From assembly GCF_964204645.1 (NCBI RefSeq), contig NC_134027.1:496001-560000 (forward strand): a stretch of 64,000 nucleotides of DNA, given 5' to 3'. The notes under the pieces are model-generated. The model worked only from the letters and a program-made list of their open reading frames with translations, did not search any database and was not told the DNA's origin. Shown here piece by piece: positions 47,573-60,365 of the stretch. How positions within the stretch are numbered: the stretch's first letter is position 1; each line of letters starts with the position of its first letter. A program made the position numbers and the translations under genes. The stretch is from Tubulanus polymorphus (Eukaryota > Animalia > Nemertea).

Positions 47573-48026
47573 ATTGGTACTGGTTGACGTTCCTGGTTTC
47601 GGTGATAAATTCTGTAAAGATAAAATAAAACAAAATATTAGATGGATATTCATGAATGCATGTATCACTGATTCGGGTTTTCAATAAAAACTGATTAACG
47701 AATGATAAGTTAATTTTGCAGCAAATTCTCCAAGATTAGAACAAAACCAGTAGTTATATAGTAGAGGCTTTTGGGTCATGAAGCAAATTAAGTAGTAAAT
47801 ATAACACTTAATTTAAATGACAACTGTAGAGATAGCATCATTAATATATGACTTCTACGATGATGAGACTTAATCGAATTTGAATTTATTCCTAATTAGC
47901 ATAATTTATGCAAAACAGCTACTGCCCTCTATTTTCAAATTACAAATTGAAATAAGCGTGATTTATTAGAAAATAGTTATCACTTACCGGCGTAGAAGAA
48001 CCGCTCGGCGGCGTTGACGGCAAAAA
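47573..48026 (-). pseudogene. Gene A family 5' micro-exons FLPSTPPSGSSTP (47988-48026) and NLSPKPGTSTSTN (47573-47611); the segment 47612-48725 is directly duplicated at 55418-56536
   Basis: attttcag/gtaagt-flanked 39-nt exon; the second exon shares the exon-a acceptor intron. Confidence 0.6.
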
Positions 48027-48629
48027 CTGAAAATACAATCAAAGACAATGTTAAAAACCTGATCTGATTTGTATAGTGTAAGTAAATGGTTTTGGGGTTC
48101 GGACCGTCTGCCCACACGAGAACACCCGACCCTCGCGCTACTGCTGCATTTGACTGCTCGGTGCGTCTGAGGAGCCTTGATGGACAGAACACACCATTGA
48201 TGGAATAATGGTTAATTCAGTCTAACCTCGTTAAAACTCTGTAAATGTGAGTTAAACTCATTGAAATTCCCTTATGTTTACCATGAGGTAACATTGAACT
48301 GGTTTTTCAGTTTTTCTCCACTCGTCTATAACGGGCTATCAATCAATATGGTCGAATGTGCAGAATGTTCCAGCTGATAAAAACTGGGTTCCAAAATAAT
48401 CGGCCCTTTGCATGTGATGATGCAAACGATCAGGCTGGGTGCACCCTGGTATAGATTTGACGATGCAGTAATGTATGACGGACATTACCTGTCAGTAGCA
48501 GAAGCAGGGTTTAATATTCTATATATATAAATTTCGGTTTCAAGCTCAAGAATGATGACTTCAAACAGGCGTTTACGATAACTTACGTCAATCCCAGACA
48601 TGGAAATGTTAAAACGTTGTTGCATATTC

Positions 48630-48678
<49 letters not shown>

Positions 48679-48680
48679 GA
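48630..48680. repeat. (TTG)n microsatellite; paralog at 56423-56487
   Basis: Read directly. Confidence 0.95.
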
Positions 48681-48724
48681 GTTCTCTATAAAAGAGAAAA
48701 CATATTCATACAATGACAAGAAAT

Positions 48725-51700
48725 ACTTTTATTCTGTAAAATTGACGGGATTTCGGGTGAACAGGAACCTGAAAATATGCATCTTTCAGGTCCAATGAAG
48801 CCGCCCATTAACCTCGGCGGAGACCTTGAATTACCTCCCTGTTTTAGTCATCGGAAGCCTCGGGATATCCAGGTGCCGCTCGAGGAATGACAGTCCATCG
48901 ACGCCCTGTGGTTTTCAGGAGCATAAATTTTCATGAAAACCAGCCGGATGTGGCTTCGTCGCGTACTGGTTCTATTGCTCTCTTTTTGGCCAGATCTTTG
49001 AGAGCTGACGAGATTAGTGTCTCCTGATCTGCTTTCGGGCGCATGTCGAGAGGTGTTCAGAATTGAAGACAGTAGCCTCCGTGATACGACCCGGGACCGA
49101 CGGACCAGTGGCTGCCTGCTGCAGACAACCTCTCACTGGCCCCGAGCATTCATTTTGAGTTTCTCCGAGAGGAAGAGCTCCTTTTAGGAGCATTCCCTGA
49201 TATGTACTAGAATTATTCTGACCAGAAGGGGCACGAGAATGTTGGAGCTGTGCACTTGTTCACCAACCTGCATTAGTAGCCGCTTGAGAAAGTACGGATG
49301 CTTGAGATGGCATTGTGTGAGTTCGGGCTGAACCTTGAGCGGCCGGAGCTGGAGCTAAACCTTGAGCTGCCGGAGCCGGAGCTGAACCTTGAACGGCCGG
49401 AGCCGGAGCTGAACCTTCAGCTGCCGGAGCTGGAGCTGGACCTTCAGCTGCCGGAGCCGGAGCTGAACCTTGAGCGGCCGGAGCCGGAGCTGAACATTCA
49501 GCTGCCGGAGCCGGAGCTGAACCTTGAGCTGTCGGAGCTGGAGCTGGACCAGAACGCTTCTTTCACGGAGTCCGCATGGTTGACTTGAATCTGCACCTCT
49601 CGAATATTCCTCCGTTTGGTCAAAACTGGAGCACTCCAACCGGAGAAGAGACGCAAAGACGAACCTAGTTGAGCTCTTAATACTCTAGGTTTGACTGTGG
49701 CAATCGAGGATTCCAATTGTTCCACACCTAATCGAGCCCATTCTCTTGAAACTGCTGACGATTCACGCAAAATATTGAGATCAAAGTCCGGGGGGTGGGG
49801 GTGGTGGTGATTCACCGACATGGGGACCTGCCGAGGACTTAGCACGAGTTTCTCCACATTTAACAAACTAGATATTAACCCTTGACCAGTGAGTCAAGTA
49901 GAGAATGCAAAATTGTAATAGGGCTCATCCTCTGACCACCATAAATAAACCACAGTACAAGTATGAATAAAATTATAATCCTCTAAGCATCTACATCTTA
50001 GAGCAGTAACAAGCTCCAAATCGGCTATTCAAGACACTGATATAACTGTGGTGGCCTACACACATCAAACACAGTAGAGTTCATCGATCCTTATGCCTTC
50101 AATCCACATAGCACGTGATAAGAAAATCAGTATAAAACTGTAGATTGTACAGTGGAAAACAAGCTCCAAAATATAGCTATTTCACACATTAAAACAACCG
50201 TGGCGGCCATCTTGGATGACCTATATATGTCAAAAATAATAGGGCTCATCCATCTCACACCTCAAACAAACAAACCAAGTCACAAGAAAATCAATGAAAA
50301 ACTTAAGTCTGTAGAGCGATAACAAGCTTCAAATGGCTATTTCACACATTGCAATGGCTGTGGCGGCCATCTTGGATGACCTATATATGTCAAAAACAAA
50401 CAGCCCGCCCGTCGGGACATAGGTGATTTTTTACCCCTTGCGTCCTATGGCTGAGGGGTAAAAAATAGCATATCCCCTGCAGGCATGGCTAACCGTGTTA
50501 CGAGCTTCTGTTGTGAGCGGCAACCCGAAGCTTATTGCTGCAGGAACTAGATCCTCGTTGAAATCAGATGCTACCCCTCAGAAATTCAGAGTCAGAATTC
50601 CGAATAACTGAACTTCTAACCGGGCAATCAAGAATAGGCTTACCTGTAACTGCGGTAGCTTACAATGACAATAACATCTTACTTTCGAAATCACGGAAAT
50701 CCCGATTATTGTGACGACTTCCTAAACAGTCCCTCGATGTGAAAGACATGAACTTCCTAAAGGGTCCCTCGACGTGAAAGACATGAACTTCCTAAACGGT
50801 CCCTCGACGTGAAAGACGTGAACTTCCTAAACGGTCCCTCGACGTGAAAGAGATGAACTTCCTAAACGGTCCCTCGACGTAAAAGACGTGAACTTCCTAA
50901 ACGGTCCCTCGACGTGAAAGACATGAACTTCCTAAACGGTCCCTCGACGTGAAAGACATGAACTTCCTAAACGGTCCCTCGACATGAAAGACGTGAACTT
51001 CCTAAACGGTCCCTCGACGTGAAAGACATGAACTTTCTAAACGGTCCCACGACGTGAAAGACATGAACTTTCTAAACGGTCCCACGACGTGAAAGACGTG
51101 AACTTCCTAAACGGTCCCTCGACGTGAAAGACGTGAACTTCCTAAACGGTCCCACGACGTGAAAGACGTGAACTTCCTAAACGGTCCCTAGATGTGAAAG
51201 ACGTGAACTTCCTAAACGGTCCCTCGACGTGAAAGACGTGAACTTCCTTAACGGTCCCTCGACGTGAAAGACATGAACTTCCTAAACGGTCCCTCGACGT
51301 GAACTGATGAATGATGATGGTTCCTACAGAATCAATCATAATCTCTCGATCCATCCTCGATATCAGTGAAGGTGACCTTACTCCTGCGTCTGATAGAAGA
51401 GCGCCCTCTACCAAACCTAGAGCCATAATAACTATGTTTCAAATTCGAAACATTGATGCCAGGCCGCCCGGACCAGACCGGATGTTCAGTACCTGATGAT
51501 GCCTGGACCGGACCGGACTGGATGTACAGTTCCCAGTGATGCCTGGACCGGACCAGACTGGATGTTCAGTACCCAGTGATGCCTAGACCGGACCGGACTG
51601 GATGTACAGTTCCCAGTGATGCCTTGGCCGGACCGGACTGGATGTACAGTTCCCAGTGATGCCTGGACCGGACCGGACTGGATGTTCAGCACCCAGTGAT

Positions 51701-54700
51701 GCCTTGGCCGGACCGGACTGGATGTACAGTTCCCAGTGATGCCTGGACCGGACCGGACTGGATGTACAGTTCCCAGTGATGCCTGGACCGGACCGGACTG
51801 GATGTTCAGTACCCGGTGATGCCTGGACCGGACCAGATGTTCAGTACCCGGTGATGCCTGGACCGGACCGGACTGGATGTTCAGTACCCAGTGATGCCTG
51901 GAATGGACTGGTGCTCAAAGCTGCTGGACCGGACCAGATGTTCAGTACCCGGTGATGCCTGGACAGGACCAGACTGGATGTACAGTTCCCAGTGATGCCT
52001 GGACCGGACCGGACTGGATGTACAGTTCCCAGTGATGCCTGGACCGGACCAGACTGGATGTTCAGTACCAGGTGATGCCTGGACGGGACCAGATGTTCAG
52101 TACCCTGTGATGCCTGGACCCAACCGTAGCTTGAGGCCGCCCGGACCGGACAAGATGTTCAGTAACCGGTGATGCCTGGACTGGACCGGTGCTCGGAGGT
52201 GACCGCACCGGACTGGATGTACAGTTCCCGGTGATGCCTGGACCGGACCGGTGCTCGGAGTAGCCCGGACCGAACCCGAGTTCCTGTGCGATATCTGGGA
52301 AATACCATTCGGACAGTGAACCAGCTGAACCATTGATTGACTGGTGACTGACCGGCACTAGAGAACCAGCGATCCTCCTCAGAGAATGGAGTTGGGAAAC
52401 CAACCTTGCTAGTACAGCTGGCGACCGCTGTTACTTTCTGAAATAGAGACATCAATCGGTACATCGACAGAAACTGTACTTTCTGTTTCTGGGACTTCTC
52501 GGCCCGAACCCATAGATCTTCCGACCACAATCCGCAAGTCCAGGAAGGATTAACTCATATAACGCCCGATGTAGCCAAACAGGATGAACACAGAACGTAA
52601 TCAGGGCCCGAACAGATGACCGCATCCCTCACGATGACGACGCTGGACTTTAGCAGGGAGCGGCATTATCGCATTCAAAATACAACAATTAAATATTCGG
52701 TTTAAATATAACAGATATTTTAACGTTATAACTTACATAATATTATAACATACACGCAATTCAAGAAAGATGCACTGATTTGATTTGATTCAAACAAAAA
52801 TAAAATTCACGAGGGAACAAAAACAGAACAAACTCACTGCATAGAGAGTACAAGTGTCTCTTAAATTCCTAAATCCCTTAGAGACAAAATCAAACACCTT
52901 CTTATAAAAAACGCCAAGAAAAAGGATGGCTAAATGCAATACAGCAGAGCCGGGTCGTATAGAAAAACCGCTGGCGATCATTCAATCCAAATTGGCAAAA
53001 AACATAGGAAAGGGTCCGGTACTCGATGGAAATATGATATTGTATTTTGTCTCACACCTGACGTCACGGAGTTATGAAAACTAGTCACAACTTTAACCGT
53101 TTTAACGCCATACAAAAAATTGAATGCGTTGAAATTGTATTTGAAGACTGAACTTACTTCTTGCTTGCAAGTCGGGAGGCGTCTCCGGCGGGAGGGGTGC
53201 GCTGCTGCTGCTGCTGCTGTTTGACAACTATAAATAGAAATAATATATAAATCAATGCAACAGAAAATGAACACAACAGGTACTGATTACACGGTAGTTC
53301 AGTAGAATGAAGGGGTCTGGGTACAAAAACGTGTATTCTAAGATTATCAGTATATATTTTCTTGAGGAATTTCATAAAAATGGTTACATTAGGAGGGAAG
53401 TGAGGCATGTGAGATTGAGGGCGTCACTGATACTTACATTTAGAGATGGAGAATGCGCAAGGCGACCGATATGACCCTAGAAATGAAAATAAAAAAAATA
53501 CATTAGTCAAATTCATTAACGGTTGAATTTTTAAACATTTTCATTATGACGTTCATTAGTTCAAGGTGCTGGTTTTTTAGACAATTTCAATAAGAGAAAA
53601 GTATTCAGGTATAGCTAGCACTATATCAGGAACGTAGCTTGAAGCGGTTCAGGGGGGTTCGAAAATTCAGTTCCTTACAAAGAAAAATTAAAAACAGAAA
53701 TGTTAAACTTACAAATATTAAAATTTGTTCATTCAATCAAAACCTTGTTAATCAATCTCCCAGAGGCAATTTATCTGGGCACGTTTTCAAAATTTGTTTT
53801 GGTTAGGAGACCCCGTTCTGGTCCAGTCAAACGCTACGGACCTGTCTATGGCAATAGCTAATCAACATTGATATAATTATCACCGGTCGCTGTGGTCAAT
53901 ACACCGTGCATTGTTAAACTTGATAGGCGTTCATTTCCTGTATATGAGGGCGCTGCTGGTTACCTCGCTTCAGTATTAGGGAATAGATGGAGCCACTTGT
54001 CGAATCATACTCGATTTATAAAGCTAACTCCACTGTATAGATGGCGCCACTCACCATGATTTCCACGGAAACTAGAATATATACTTAGTAAGCAGAATAT
54101 GAGTGGGAAGGGTTTCAAGCGTAATATCAAAATATTGATTTGATCGGTTTAAAAATCTCCAAAACGCTTTCATTTCACAACAAAGTTAAACATCCGTTTT
54201 CTAACTTTACTTTATCACACGCCAAACAATGGGATACCCGCAGTTTTACTGTGGCAATCGAGGATTCCACTTATGGCATGCGAGGATCCACCAGGTGTCG
54301 CTAGTAAATAGTTGGTCGTCTGCGTTCGATTTTCTTGTACATTTCAATTAAATCTGAATGAATTGTTCTCTTAAATGAATCAATTATTAATGAAAACTAA
54401 ACCGATATCAGAGTAGAAGAATGAAAGTATTTCTTCTTCAAACCAGTTCAAAGTTCATTGAAAATGAACTAATTTTGACAACGAACGACCTACTACTCGT
54501 TGCGCCATCTGGTGGAATAGCTGGTTTTGCGGGTATCCCATATATCAAATATCACACTTATGGCGCCATCTAACGGTAAAAGTAATACGCACAGGTTTTT
54601 AAACACGGAGGATATTAATATAAGGTGACGAACACCTTTTAAACATTGGAACGAGGAAATACAACAGATTGATATCATACATTGACACGCGAGACCAAAT

Positions 54701-55529
54701 ACTCTTATACAACAGACCCTTAACTCAAAAAGTCAATATGAAAAATAACAATTTCATTACATTTATCACAAATCTATTGATTCACAGCAGGTTCATATTT
54801 GCTGTGTTTTGATCTCATGGTTGTTGATCCAATTACAAGACCGATATCAATGTATGGTATATCAATATATTCTATCAAATAAAAATATTAATGTATTATT
54901 AAAATATTAACGGTATAACTAGGGGTGCAGGGACCCACTTTGGAAGTGGTCTGAAATGCTCGACGATCTGACATTTTCAAATTTAACTCCCCCTGGTTTA
55001 AAAGGAACCAAAGACATTGAAACTCACTACACATATACAGAACATGTCATGAGATTATTTATAACTTTATTTATAACTAGAGCAAAAACCTGCTCTATAC
55101 TGATATATATTAAACTCTGATTTCAATGTAATATAACAACAACAGAATTGATCCTAAAGCGCTGATTTTGCCGGGGAAAAAAATGGTCATACAAGTCCGC
55201 CATCTTAATTCCAATTGTGCCAATATTTTGAGTTTGAGTAGTTTGAGTATATAAACCAATTATCAACACGATAAATCAAAAACTAGCCGAGACAACTGGA
55301 CGCAAAGTGAACGCAATAACTATAGTCCCGAGTGAGATAAAAAATAAATTAGTTTGAACTTAAAATTCAAGATCAATGTTTAATGTCTTAGTCCACGTGC
55401 TGTATCGGTGATATGTTCTGTAAAGATAAAATAAAACAAAATATTAGATGGATATTCATGAATGCATGTATCACTGATTCGGGTTTTCAATAAAAACTGA
55501 TTAACGAATGATAAGTTAATTTTGCAGCA
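48725..55529 (-). pseudogene. Inverted ~6.8-kb duplicate of 1-6677 (exons a, b, c plus the DIRS-like element, truncated within RT); exon-a donor lost
   Basis: Near-identical reverse complement; paired ORFs in the track (853/54493, 2123/53154, 2550/52790, 5583/49498). Confidence 0.95.
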
Positions 55530-56434
55530 AATTCTCCAAGATTAGAACAAAACCAGTAGTTATATAGTAGAGGCTTTTGGGTCATGAAGCAAATTAAGTA
55601 GTAAATATAACACTTAATTTAAATGACAACTGTAGAGATAGCATCATTAATATATGACTTCTACGATGATGACACTTAATCGAATTTGAATTTATTCCTA
55701 ATTAGCATAATTTATGCAAAACAGCTACTGCCCTCTATTTTCAAATTACAAATTGAAATAAGCGTGATTTATAAGAAAATAGTTTGGCGTAGTAGGCAGC
55801 GAACCGCTGGGCGGCGTTGACGGCAAAAACTGAAAATACAATCAAAGACAATGTTAAAAACCTGATCTGATTTGTATAGTGTAAGTAAATGGTTTTGGGG
55901 TTCGGACCGTCTGCCCACACGAGAACACCCGACCCTCGTGCTACTGCTGCATTTGACTGCTCGGTGCGTCTGAGGAGCCTTGATGGACAGAACACACCAT
56001 TGATGGAATAATGGTTAATCAGTCTAACCTCGTTAAAACTCTGTAAATGTGAGTTAAACTCATTGAAATTCCCTTATGTTTACCATGAGGTAACATTGAA
56101 CTGGTTTTCCAGTTTTTCTCCACTCGTCTATAACGGGCTATCAATCAATATGGTCGAATGTGCAGAATGTTCCAGCTGATAAAAACTGGGTTCCAAAATA
56201 ATCAGCCCTTTGCATGTGATGATGCGAACGATCAGGCTGGGTGCACCCTGGTATAGATTTGACGATGCAGTAATGTATGACGGACATTACCTGTCAGTAG
56301 CAGAAGCAGGGTTTAATATTCTATATATATAAATTTCAGTTTCAAGCTCAAGAATGATGACTTCAAACAGGCGTTTACGATAACTTACGTCAATCCCAGA
56401 CATGGAAATGTTAAAACGTTTTTGCTGTTGCTGC

Positions 56435-56477
<43 letters not shown>

Positions 56478-56859
56478 GCTGTTGCTGCGCTGTACCCTAT
56501 AAAAGAGAAAACATATTCATACAATGACAAGAAATAGGACGGACGCGAAATCAGAGTTTATCTAACAGTTTATCTCCAGGATGGATGTGGCTGTGAAATC
56601 AGACAGTTTATCTCTAGGACGGACACGCCTGTTAAATGTTGCCACTGGTTACCTCGAACACAAACTTACGTCGATCCCAGACATTGAAATATCAAAGCGT
56701 TGTTGTTGTTGTTTTTCAGTTCTGTTATTATAGGGGCTCGATGTTGAGGGCCCCACGCCCCGAGTTTTTTTCATTGCTTTTGGCATTATCTAGAAAAACA
56801 AGTAAAAATATTAAATCATTTGAAAATATATCAGTCAGTCTTATTCTGGTTCAATGAAC

Positions 56860-58035
56860 TAATTCTCTATATGATGCATTTAGGGGTCCAGGGACACCAC
56901 ATCCACTAATTCTCTATATGATGCATGTAGGGGTCCAGGGACACCACATCCACTAATTCTCTATATGGTGCATGTAGGGGTCCAGGGACACCACATCCAC
57001 TAATTCTCTATATGGTGCATGTAGGGGTCCAGGGACACCACATCCACTAATTCTCTATATGGTGCATGTAGGGGTCCAGGGACACCACATCCACTAATTC
57101 TCTATATGGTGCATGTAGGGGTCCAGGGACACCACATCCACTAATTCTCTATATGGTGCATGTAGGGGTCCAGGGACACCACATCCACTAATTCTCTATA
57201 TGGTGCATGTAGGGGTCCAGGGACACCACATCCACTAATTCTCTATATGATGCATGTAGGTGTCCAGGGACACCACATCCACTAATTCTCTATATGGTGC
57301 ATGTAGGGGTCCAGGAACACCACATCCACTAATTCTCTATATGATGCATGTAGGGGTCCAGGGACACCACATCCACTAATTCTCTATATGGTGCATGTAG
57401 GGGTCCAGGGACACCACATCCACTAATCCTCTATATGGTGCATGTAGGGGTCCAGGGACACCACATCCACTAATTCTCTATATGATGCATGTAGGGGTCC
57501 AGGGACACCACATCCACTAATTCTCTATATGGTGCATGTAGGAGTCCAGGGACACCACATCCATAAATTCTCTATATGGTGCATGTAGGGGTCCAGGGAC
57601 ACCACATCCACTAATTCTCTATATGGTGCATGTAGGGGTCCAGGGACACCACATCCACTAATTCTCTATATGGTGCATGTAGGGGTCCAGGGACACCACA
57701 TCCACTAATTCTCTATATGGTGCATGTAGGGGTCCAGGGACACCACATCCACTAATTCTCTATATGATGCATGTAGGGGTCCAGGGACACCACATCCACT
57801 AATTCTCTATATGGTGCATGTAGGAGTCCAGGGACACCACATCCATAAATTCTCTATATGGTGCATGTAGGGGTCCAGGGACACCACATCCACTAATTCT
57901 CTATATGGTGCATGTAGGGGTCCAGGGACACCACATCCACTAATTCTCTATATGGTGCATGTAGGGGTCCAGGGACACCACATCCACTAATTCTCTATAT
58001 GATGCATGTAGGGGTCCAGGGACACCACATCCTCT
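56860..58035. repeat. Same 47-bp satellite, ~25 copies; part of the direct duplication ~43085-45820 / ~56725-59135
   Basis: Identical unit and shared flanks. Confidence 0.97.
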
Positions 58036-58823
58036 ATTCTGTTTGGGGCATGGAGATTGCCCAGATTGCCTCTGCTAACAACAGACACCCATTCAACATT
58101 TCTCTTTGTGGTACTTTCTTCTTCCTCTTTTCTCTCATTTTACAAATTGATATTCAACTATGACCTTTTTCATTTTGATATGATGTTTATCTTTACATCA
58201 TGGTTGCTGGAGATTGTACAAGGAATGATACAAGAAATAATATCCTTAGTTTTAAACTCACAGCTGTTTGCAATTCTTTCATTTAATCACAGGTTCAATT
58301 GAAACGATGCATTCCTATACATATACGCAATCATATCTTTTTTCGAGTCATCATTCTCAGGGAAATTTGATCTGCACTCAGGTACAGTCTACTGGCTTGC
58401 CAGTTATCCTTTAACTTTTTTACAAAATTATCTTTTCAAAATGAATTACCATGAAAGCAGTAAATTTGAACTTGCCTTATCATAAGGGGTTTTTCTTTTA
58501 CTCTTTGTTTTAGCTTTAGGTATCTTTGATTTGCTGGTGGTTTAAACATGCATGTCGAGGGAGCTCTCAATCCAGGAACAGTCAGCTCACAAGCAGCCCC
58601 TGCCCCAAAAGGTTTTGACATATTTTCAAAAGCTCTAGTTGTTCCGTAGAACCGAGAGCGGAACTCTGACTTGTTCCCCTCACTGTTGAGGTCTACTTTC
58701 TCTGATTCGCTGATTGGCTTCTCTTTGGTACATTTTGGATGATCAAAAACTAGGAACTGTCATGCGTTTATTCATTTTGGTATATGTTAAAATTATTTTT
58801 CCAGTAAAGGCATATTAGGCACA

Positions 58824-59135
58824 TCAAAACAAATCCGGAATTGTCCCCGAACGAAGTGGCTCCCTCCACTCTCCATCAGTATGCCGGGCCACCACCTCTA
58901 CCTCTCGGGCCACTCGATCACTCGCCAGCTTTTTGGCGAGTGAACGAGTGACCGCCCGAGATACGGATGGAGGAGCAGGAGGAGCAGGACCCGCACCTGC
59001 CCCAGCCCCACCACCATCCCTCTTCGGCCTCTTCCTATTTATCCCATCCCCGTCCTCCCGATTACCTTCGTCAGTCGCACCATCCGCCGGGACCACTCTT
59101 GCTCCTCCTCCCGCGGAGCCACGACGACCGCAACT
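58824..59135 (-). pseudogene. 5'-truncated copy of terminal exon f
   Basis: ORF 58824-59168 matches ORF 11617-11952 (GGARVVPADG...LRSGTIPDL). Confidence 0.85.
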
Positions 59136-60055
59136 GGTACTTTTCGGTTTCTCATGGTTTCCCACCATCTTTCAAAAGAGAACTATCGATATATCATTAG
59201 CTACAAGGAAACTTTTCAGAAACTTTTTCAGGTCATTCTTTCTTGTATTATTAGCATTTGATTCTCTATATATCGTCAGAACATGGACTCAGAGTGTTTC
59301 TTTAATGGTTAAGAATGTCTCTTTAACCAACATCCCCCTAGCCTGCTTCCTACATATCCCTTCCCTTTCCTCCTGATTACCTTTGATCCCCACTGCCTAG
59401 CAGCTAACAGCTGCTGCTATTTTATCTGGTTTACATGTTTTGCAAATAGTGTCTGTTATGCTATAGTTGTTCTTTTAATTGTTTAACTTCTTCATCTGAA
59501 ATTTCATTATTCTCATTTCAGTTTCACGCAGGAAATGGTTCATGAAAATCTGCATTGAGACTGGGACGAAATGTGCATTGAGACGGATGAAATCTGCATG
59601 AACAGAGATATACTTTAAGATCCCCATTTTATCCATCGGAGTGAATGTACATCCACTACTCACAGGTAGCAAACCTACAAACGCTAAACACTCATCCCTG
59701 GGCCCTGATTCAAAAATAAAAATAAAAGATTAAATTAAGAATTAACAATTTTATGAATCAGTGATCAGTTTCATAAAATAAGTCCTAAATTAATTTTAGG
59801 GGTTTATTATTTCATATTGAAATGAATTCTTCATGTTTATGCAATTCTCATTATCTTTCATTGCAGCATTTATATATTCATTTTTAATCATACATGTGAA
59901 ATATATAATGTATTTTCAGGGAAACGTAAACAAGAAAGGAAGGGAAGAAAGAGAAGGGAAGAAAGAGTTGGATGATTAATGCGCACTTATTCTCCATTCC
60001 GAATTCCTGTATTCGACTCTAGGTGATCATCATACGAACGAGATATAGAAAAAAA

Positions 60056-60365
60056 ACATTACTGAAGTCATCTCTATTTTTTAGTCTCAATTTATATTTC
60101 TAATTCAATTCACTAAGTGTGTAAGTCATCATTTGGATAAGTCGTCACATTACTGAAGTCATCTCTATTTTTTAGTCTCAATTTATATTTCTAATTCAAT
60201 TCACTAAGTGTGTAAGTCATCATTTGGATAAGTCGTCACATTACTGAAGTCATCTCTATTTTTTAGTTGTAATTAGTATTTCTAATTCAATTTACTTATG
60301 TCAGTTATCATTTCGATAAATTGCCACATTACTGAAGTCATCTTTATTTTGAAGTCTCAATTAGT
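60056..60365. repeat. 91-bp tandem repeat, ~3.3 copies
   Basis: acattactgaagtcatctctattttttagt recurs with period ~91. Confidence 0.9.
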
